A DNA stretch of 13,542 nt from a virus (Duplodnaviria > Heunggongvirae > Uroviricota > Caudoviricetes), in the IMG/VR virus record IMGVR_UViG_2529292873_000017. The stretch is one strand, 5' to 3'. The notes below the pieces were generated by a model, which was given only the letters and a program-made list of their open reading frames with translations, was not told where the DNA came from and did no database searches. Below, one piece after another: positions 8,208-13,542 of this stretch. Both the position numbers and the translations under genes were made by a program. The number at the start of each line of letters is the position of its first letter. Position 1 is the stretch's first letter.

Positions 8208-9092
8208 ATGAGCGATAGCTGGTATCCGTCACGGGATTTTCGACGACGGGCTGCGTTGTGGGGGATGGCTTTGCCGGAGACAGAATTTACACCTGCTGAA
8301 CTTGCCGCCTTCCGGGACTACTGGGCAGCGGAGGGGAAAGTGTTTACGCAGGTTCAGTGGGAGCAGAAATTTGCCCGTCACGTGCAGCACGTCAGGGCAC
8401 AGGTAAAACCAGTCAGCAAGGGGGTAAGCCATGCAGCACCAGGTGGCACCGCATCACGGGCAGTTCAGGAAATCCGGGCTGCACGTGAACAGTGGGAACG
8501 TGAAAACGGATTTATCAGCAACGGAAACGGCCTGGAAGCTGTGGGAACTTATGGGGGAGGTGTATTCGAACCGCTGGATCAGAAGAACGGGGCTGCGCCG
8601 TCGAAGCTCTGGATTGCTCAGATTGGCGCGATGACTGAACAGCAAATCCGGCAGGTCTGCCGTCAGTGCATGGACCGCTGCCGGGCGGGTGAAACGTGGC
8701 CTCCGGACCTGGCTGAGTTTGTGGCGTTGATTTCGGAGAGCGGGGCAAATCCATTTGGCCTGACGGTGGATGCCGTGATGGAGGAGTACCGTCGCTGGAG
8801 GAATGAATCCTGGCGGTACGACGGGAGTGATAAATACCCGTGGCCACAGCCGGTGCTGTACCACATTTGCCTCGAGATGCGTTCAAAGGGGATTGAGCGC
8901 CAGATGACCGAAGGGGAGTTAAAACGGCTTGCAGAACGGCAACTGACGAAATGGGCAAAGCATGTTGGTAACGGCCTGAGTGTTCCGCCAGTCCGGCGAC
9001 AACTGGCAGCACCCAAACGCCCGCCAGGGCCAACGCCAATTGAGTTGCTGAAACAGGAATATGAGCGCCGGAAGGCGGCCGGTTTTGTCTGA
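8208..9092 (+). CDS. DnaT-like (primosomal protein I domain) replication protein, 294 aa
   Basis: Segment DFRRRAALWGMALPETEFTPAELAAFRDYWAAEGKVFTQVQWEQKFARHV resembles the C-terminal region of E. coli DnaT as I recall it. Confidence 0.65.
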   Translation: MSDSWYPSRDFRRRAALWGMALPETEFTPAELAAFRDYWAAEGKVFTQVQWEQKFARHVQHVRAQVKPVSKGVSHAAPGGTASRAVQEIRAAREQWERENGFISNGNGLEAVGTYGGGVFEPLDQKNGAAPSKLWIAQIGAMTEQQIRQVCRQCMDRCRAGETWPPDLAEFVALISESGANPFGLTVDAVMEEYRRWRNESWRYDGSDKYPWPQPVLYHICLEMRSKGIERQMTEGELKRLAERQLTKWAKHVGNGLSVPPVRRQLAAPKRPPGPTPIELLKQEYERRKAAGFV

Positions 9093-9126
9093 GTTGAGAA
9101 GTAATTTTTACCGGGAGGAAAATTTA

Positions 9127-9861
9127 ATGGAAACCGTTTTTGACGCACTGAAAGCGATGGGAAAAGCCACGTCGGTATAGCTGGCTGCGCGACTTGATAT
9201 CAGTCGTGAAGAAGTACTGAACGAGCTGTGGGAACTGAAAAAGGCTGGCTTCGTTGATAAAAGCGTATACACCTGGCGTGTGGCTGATAACAACGTTCAG
9301 CAGGAACAGCCAGCGCCAGAAGAAACCACCACGGCAACAGAAGCGAAAATCTCAGAGTGCGATTTAACCGCGACGATTGAACAACGCGGACCACAAACGG
9401 CGGATGAACTGGCTACGCTGTTCGGTACAACATCCCGCAAAGTTGCTTCAACGCTGGCAATGGCAATCAGCAAAGGTCGTCTGATTCGCGTAAATCAGGA
9501 CGGTAAAATTCGTTACTGCATACCAGGTGATAATTTACCGGCAGAGCCGAAAGTTGAATCGGTAACGGAAACCGATGGTAAAGCCTTTCCTCAGCCAGCA
9601 GGTGTTGCGTTACCGGTACAGAAAGATGCAACACAGGAAGATATTAAAACAGAAACTGTGGCGGACATTGTGCAGTCGCTGCCATCGTTTACTGCAACGC
9701 GAGAAGATGATTTGATTTTGCCATCGCTGCATATGGCAAATCGCGAACTGCGTAGGGCGAAGAATCATGTCCAGAAGTGGGAGCGAGTCTGCGCCGCGCT
9801 GCGGGAGCTGAACAAGCACCGGGATATGGTTGCCGGGATTTGTCGGAAGTCCGGGCAATGA
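9127..9861 (+). pseudogene. Phage protein gene (DUF1627-like) interrupted by an in-frame amber codon at 9178-9180
   Basis: ATG at 9127 gives METVFDALKAMGKATSV, then TAG. The same frame continues open to 9861 with protein-like sequence ([25 protein letters not shown]...). A single CAG to TAG change would explain it. Confidence 0.6.
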
Positions 9862-9990
9862 GCGGATGGTGCAGGCCTGAAATCATGATACTAACAATGA
9901 AGGTAAAATGCATCGGCAGTCTGATTGGTCGTAGTGAGGCGGCGGTCAGGATGAAAGCCCAGGTTAAGGGAATAAGCCTGATTCTGCGGG

Positions 9991-10302
9991 GTGATTTTCA
10001 CCAGTCAACAAAATATCCGTAGCGCGATAACGGTCAAAAATTATGGCGCTGACACTTTTGTGCCACTGGAGATGACTGTACCTAAGTTCAGGGGAGAAGA
10101 ACACGTCCGGTGGGATGGTCGGGCCAGATTTAAAGGGCAGGTCATGGCTCCAGCCTGTACGCTGGCAATGGAGGCTGCCTGGCGGGAAATTGATATGGGA
10201 ACCACGCCACTCAGGGATTTACTGCCGGTCCAGAGAATAAATTCCTGTTACGGTTACACCACTGTGATCTTGCAAGTGCAGGAAAGTAGGTCTACACGGT
10301 AA
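9991..10302 (+). CDS. Hypothetical protein; start uncertain, may be fused by frameshift to a small upstream ORF (9858-10022)
   Basis: Open frame with GTG at 9991 and ATG at 10072. It overlaps a 54-aa ORF whose ATG overlaps the stop of the preceding gene (ATGA at 9858). Confidence 0.35.
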   Translation: MIFTSQQNIRSAITVKNYGADTFVPLEMTVPKFRGEEHVRWDGRARFKGQVMAPACTLAMEAAWREIDMGTTPLRDLLPVQRINSCYGYTTVILQVQESRSTR

Positions 10303-10529
10303 CGCGAGTGCGTGTAACTTTTGATGTCATTCCCGTAGAAACACCGGACAAATTTTCGCTGACAGGTCATGCAGAAGGTATAAATCTGCAGATTATGGAC
10401 AATTACGGATATCCGGCAAGAGCCGGAAAAAGCATGCCGCCTCTAATTCTCAGTGGAAGATGGACTTGATTATACTCATTGCATTGTCAGAAATAGTTAT
10501 CCATTAAAGGCTGGCTATTCCAAACAGGA

Positions 10530-10555
10530 TGTTGATTACAAAAATGTAATCAACA
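10530..10555. repeat. Perfect 11-bp-arm inverted repeat TGTTGATTACA-aaaa-TGTAATCAACA upstream of the binding-protein gene
   Basis: Read directly from the sequence. It lies in the AT-rich region ~165 bp upstream of the ATG at 10721. Confidence 0.6.
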
Positions 10556-10720
10556 TGTAAGGTTTATACTCTTCAATATGCGTATAATTTTCCTTATTTT
10601 GTTGACTTTAAATAACAAGCTATGCACGAGGTAAAGTCGGATAAGTTTATCTGGATGTAATATATATTATTTGTAGTGTTTATAACTTTATTTCATGATA
10701 ACCAATAAAAGGAGTTTTTT

Positions 10721-11479
10721 ATGAGGAACATAATGGCAGGTTTTTTAATATTCCTGTCTTCTGCTGCTTATGCTGATATCAATCTGTATGGTCCTGGTGG
10801 CCCGCATACAGCCTTGCTTGATGCAGCCAAACTTTATGCCGAAAAAACAGGTATTATAGTGAACGTTCATTACGGCCCACAGAACAAATGGAATGAAGAT
10901 GCCAAAAAAAATGCAGATATCTTGTTTGGCGCATCAGAACAATCTGCTCTGGCTATCATTCGGGACCATAAAGACAGCTTCAGTGAAAAAGATATTCAGC
11001 CTCTTTATCTGCGAAAAAGTATTTTACTGGTAAAGAAAGGTAATCCTAAAAATATCCGGAGTATTGACGACCTGACCAGACCTGGGATTGGCGTAATTGT
11101 TAATGATGGTGGTGGTACCAGTAATACATCAGGCACTGGCGTCTGGGAAGATATTGCCGGACGTAAAGGGAATATAGAAACTGTCGCCGCAATCCGAAAA
11201 AATATTATTTTATATGCGCCCAATAGCGGAACTGCACGTAAGGCTCTTGAGAATCAGCCTGGAGCAGATGTCTGGATAACCTGGGCTGACTGGGCAGCCA
11301 GTAATCCAGAAATTGGTGATGTCGTGGAAATAGCGCCAGACTACGTGATATGGCGTGATATGAACATTACAGTACGTCAGGATGCAAATGATGAAACCCG
11401 TCGATTTGCAGAATGGCTACAAACCGATGAAGCGGCGCCTGCATTCAAAAAATATGGCTGGACCAGGAAAGGCACTTGA
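10721..11479 (+). CDS. Orphan periplasmic substrate-binding protein, ModA/oxyanion-binding-like, 252 aa with signal peptide
   Basis: SD AAAAGGAG 6 nt upstream of the ATG. N-terminal signal peptide MRNIMAGFLIFLSSAAYA. Loose resemblance to ModA, including the C-terminal AAPAFKKYGW versus ModA AAEIFKRYGF. AT-rich; no permease or ATPase gene adjacent. Confidence 0.65.
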   Translation: MRNIMAGFLIFLSSAAYADINLYGPGGPHTALLDAAKLYAEKTGIIVNVHYGPQNKWNEDAKKNADILFGASEQSALAIIRDHKDSFSEKDIQPLYLRKSILLVKKGNPKNIRSIDDLTRPGIGVIVNDGGGTSNTSGTGVWEDIAGRKGNIETVAAIRKNIILYAPNSGTARKALENQPGADVWITWADWAASNPEIGDVVEIAPDYVIWRDMNITVRQDANDETRRFAEWLQTDEAAPAFKKYGWTRKGT

Positions 11480-11485
11480 CATCCT

Positions 11486-11510
11486 CGTCCTTCAGGACGT
11501 GGATTCTTTT
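11486..11510 (+). terminator. Putative rho-independent terminator after the binding-protein gene
   Basis: Hairpin CGTCC-ttca-GGACG followed by TGGATTCTTTTT, a few nt after the stop codon. The stem is short. Confidence 0.4.
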
Positions 11511-11598
11511 TCCGGATGCCGCGCCAGCGGCATGTAGGGGCAGCTCACAAAACGGAAAAAATTGTACGCTAAGCCTCGCCAGGTGAACTGAATTCATT

Positions 11599-11622
11599 CC
11601 GATATGGGAATTCCCATATCGG
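11599..11622. repeat. Perfect 24-bp palindrome CCGATATGGGAATTCCCATATCGG
   Basis: Read directly from the sequence. Centred on GAATTC, ~190 bp upstream of the hok-like start. Confidence 0.6.
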
Positions 11623-11814
11623 GCGAAAACGGTTTGCTGTAACGGCAGAGTTAAGTAGGATTGCTGCGGGTGCTTGAGGCTATCTGCCTCGGGCATGAAC
11701 ACCAACGGCAGATAGATAAAAGCCCCACCCGACTATAAATCGAAGTGAGGCCCCTATATGCTCGTCACATATAGATTGCCTCTTACGGACCGAAAGGTCA
11801 AGGAGAAGCAGGCT

Positions 11815-11970
11815 ATGAAGCAGCAAAAGGCGATGTTAATCGCCCTGATCGTCATCTGTTTAACCGTCATAGTGACGGCACTGGTAACGAGGAAAGACCT
11901 CTGCGAGGTACGAATCCGAACCGGCCAGACGGAGGTCGCTGTCTTCACAGCTTACGAACCTGAGGAGTAA
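11815..11970 (+). CDS. hokD: Hok/Gef-family type I toxin (HokD/RelF-like), 51 aa
   Basis: Protein MKQQKAMLIALIVICLTVIVTALVTRKDLCEVRIRTGQTEVAVFTAYEPEE matches Hok-family toxins and my recollection of HokD/RelF. AAGGAG 9 nt upstream. An in-frame upstream ATG at 11758 would add 19 residues. Confidence 0.8.
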   Translation: MKQQKAMLIALIVICLTVIVTALVTRKDLCEVRIRTGQTEVAVFTAYEPEE

Positions 11971-12038
11971 GAGACCAGGCGGGGGAGAAATCCCTCGCCA
12001 CCTCTGATGTGTCAGGCATCCTCAACGCACCCGCACTT

Positions 12039-12066
12039 AACCCGCTTCGGCGGGTTTTTGTTTTTA
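12039..12066 (+). terminator. Rho-independent terminator at the 3' end of the hok transcript
   Basis: AACCCGC-ttcg-GCGGGTT hairpin followed by TTTTTGTTTTTATTTT. Confidence 0.75.
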
Positions 12067-12190
12067 TTTTCAACGCGTTTGAAGTTCCGGACGGCGCCGG
12101 AATAGAATCAAAAATACTTAAGTAGCGCGCAGGGAGAAGAGGGATGGACCCCGAACAGGGGAGTGCTATTTATCTGGAAGGATTCTGTTG

Positions 12191-12448
12191 ATGAGAATCG
12201 AAGAATTACGTGAAATTTTTAGTGAAGATGGCCTCTATACTGTGCGCGTTGAGAAGGGCGCTATTGTCAGCCACTGCCGTATTAAATGTTTACAGTCTCA
12301 ACAAAGGAAGAGTGGAGCTGCGTTAATTCATTTTGTGGATGGGCTTGTGACGGATGGTTTTATTTTGCGTGCAAATGAATTTGTCACATCGTTGCCGTCT
12401 CTGAAAGAAGCTGGGATTAAGGCTGGTTTTTCTGCTTTTGAAGATTAG
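12191..12448 (+). CDS. Hypothetical small protein, 85 aa (position of rem in Qin-type prophages)
   Basis: ATG with GGAAGGA upstream; a TTG one codon earlier is an alternative start. No motif recognised. Confidence 0.5.
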   Translation: MRIEELREIFSEDGLYTVRVEKGAIVSHCRIKCLQSQQRKSGAALIHFVDGLVTDGFILRANEFVTSLPSLKEAGIKAGFSAFED

Positions 12449-12517
12449 TGAATTCATCTACAATTCAGCGCAGGGCTGAACCCCTGTTGAGTAACACTGT
12501 GCCACCGGAGAAAGCCG

Positions 12518-12796
12518 ATGGCGCAAAATTCCAGACTACACAATTCTGATAATTCAGCCGTCTTTGCCAGCAGGCACGGGCGGCGTTCTCATGCATTCAA
12601 ATCTGACTGGTTCCGGCACGCCCCATGCACTGAAGAACAGGCCGAATGGCTGATTCAGAACTACCGCAGACGTGGGTATGAGTTTAGGAAAGCCCTCAGC
12701 CTCGATTATCGTCACTGGATAATCTACGTCAGGCTGCCGTACTCCGAGCGCCCACCGCGTCCGTCCCGCACATTCCAGCAACGCATCTGGAGGTAA
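12518..12796 (+). CDS. Hypothetical basic Arg/His-rich protein, 92 aa
   Basis: ATG with GGAG 9 nt upstream. Its stop TAA lies 1 nt before the GTG start of the next ORF. Confidence 0.5.
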   Translation: MAQNSRLHNSDNSAVFASRHGRRSHAFKSDWFRHAPCTEEQAEWLIQNYRRRGYEFRKALSLDYRHWIIYVRLPYSERPPRPSRTFQQRIWR

Positions 12797-12797
12797 C

Positions 12798-13196
12798 GTG
12801 CGGGTATTACTTCGACCTGTTCCGGTACCGGAACTTGGGTTGGTGGTCCTTAAACCAGGCCGTGAATCCATGCAGGTATTCCATAACCCTCGAGTGCTTG
12901 TGGAGCCGGAGCCGAAAAGCATGCGCGGTCTGCCGTCCGGCATCGTACCTGCCGTTCACCAGCCGCTGGCGGAAGATAAATCACTACTGCCATTTTTCAG
13001 CGATGAGCGGGTGATCCGTGCTGCGGGTGGCGCTGGTGCACTGTCTGACTGGTTATTACGTCACGTGAAATCCTGCCAGTGGCCTCATGGTGATTATCAT
13101 CACAGCGAAACCGTCATTCACCGTTACGGTACCGGCGCGATGGTGTTGTGCTGGCACTGCGACAACCAGCTGCGGACCAGACATCCGAATCACTGA
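12798..13196 (+). CDS. Hypothetical protein with Cys/His-rich C-terminus (CQWPHGDYHH...CWHCDN), 132 aa; possibly the N-terminal part of a longer gene
   Basis: GTG start with GGAGGT 5 nt upstream. A downstream frame overlaps its end and is open from ~13087, suggesting a frameshift or overlapping genes. Confidence 0.45.
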   Translation: MRVLLRPVPVPELGLVVLKPGRESMQVFHNPRVLVEPEPKSMRGLPSGIVPAVHQPLAEDKSLLPFFSDERVIRAAGGAGALSDWLLRHVKSCQWPHGDYHHSETVIHRYGTGAMVLCWHCDNQLRTRHPNH

Positions 13197-13227
13197 GCAA
13201 CTTGCTCAACAGAATCTGGCAGCATGG

Positions 13228-13542
13228 ATGATTGACATCATCCGTCACGCAATGAATGGCGCACAGGAGCGTGAATTATCTCTGGCTGAATTATCCTGGT
13301 GGGCGGTCCGCAATCAGGTGGCGGACGCGCTACCGGAAGCGGTATTACGTCGTTCGCTGGGGTTGCGTGCGGAAAAAATCCGCTCCGTATACCGTGAAAG
13401 CGACATCGTACCGGGAGAACAGACCGCCACCAGCATACTGAAGCAGCGCACAAAAAATCTTGCGCCGCTGCCTCACGCCCACCAGCAAAACCCACCACAG
13501 GAAAAGACGGTGGTCAGCATTGCCGTTGATCCGGAGTCTCCG
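13228..13542 (+). CDS. Hypothetical protein, 5' part only (runs off the window end); may continue the preceding ORF after a frameshift
   Basis: Frame open from an ATG at 13228 to the last base of the window; the same frame is already open from ~13087. No obvious SD. Confidence 0.35.
   Translation, partial: MIDIIRHAMNGAQERELSLAELSWWAVRNQVADALPEAVLRRSLGLRAEKIRSVYRESDIVPGEQTATSILKQRTKNLAPLPHAHQQNPPQEKTVVSIAVDPESP

Noticed and set aside
8229-9148. ORFs 8229-8432 (-), 8431-8634 (+), 8454-8864 (-), 8515-9039 (-) and 8663-9148 (-)
   Set aside because: All overlap the DnaT-like gene, which has a recognisable domain. They are long open frames in GC-rich DNA with Arg/Pro/Ser-rich translations.
11445-11705. 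86-aa minus-strand ORF
   Set aside because: It spans the binding-protein stop, its terminator and the palindromic intergenic region, with no start signal.
11754-11948. 64-aa minus-strand ORF antisense to hok
   Set aside because: The hok reading on the plus strand is strongly supported; antisense regulation here would be by RNA, not a protein.
12554-13498. Minus-strand ORFs 12554-12943 and 13238-13498, and plus-strand ORF 13256-13441
   Set aside because: They overlap better-supported plus-strand genes, have Arg/Pro/Gly-rich translations and lack start signals.
1-13542. CRISPR arrays, tRNA/rRNA genes, IS elements and the att site
   Set aside because: No array of short direct repeats, no tRNA-like structure and no transposase-like ORF or terminal inverted repeats were seen. 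The attachment site should lie beyond the 3' end of int, outside the window.

Overview
This window is the early/immunity half of a lambdoid (Rac/Qin-like) prophage of an Enterobacteriaceae host, probably E. coli or Shigella. All calls are from reading the sequence and ORF track; no searches were run, and family names are from memory. Left arm, minus strand: integrase, overlapping excisionase, a frame-disrupted exonuclease region, then a Qin-type cell-division cassette (DicA-like repressor, small genes, dicF sRNA, dicB, ydfD). Right arm, plus strand: Cro/DicC-like gene, YdaT-like gene, replication initiator with internal iteron-like repeats, DnaT-like protein, an amber-interrupted gene, an AT-rich island with an orphan ModA-like binding protein, a hokD-like toxin and small genes. 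The best candidate for something undescribed is an AT-rich insertion between the ydfC-position gene and dicF (a 135-aa ORF plus a convergent 77-aa ORF); the orphan binding protein is second.
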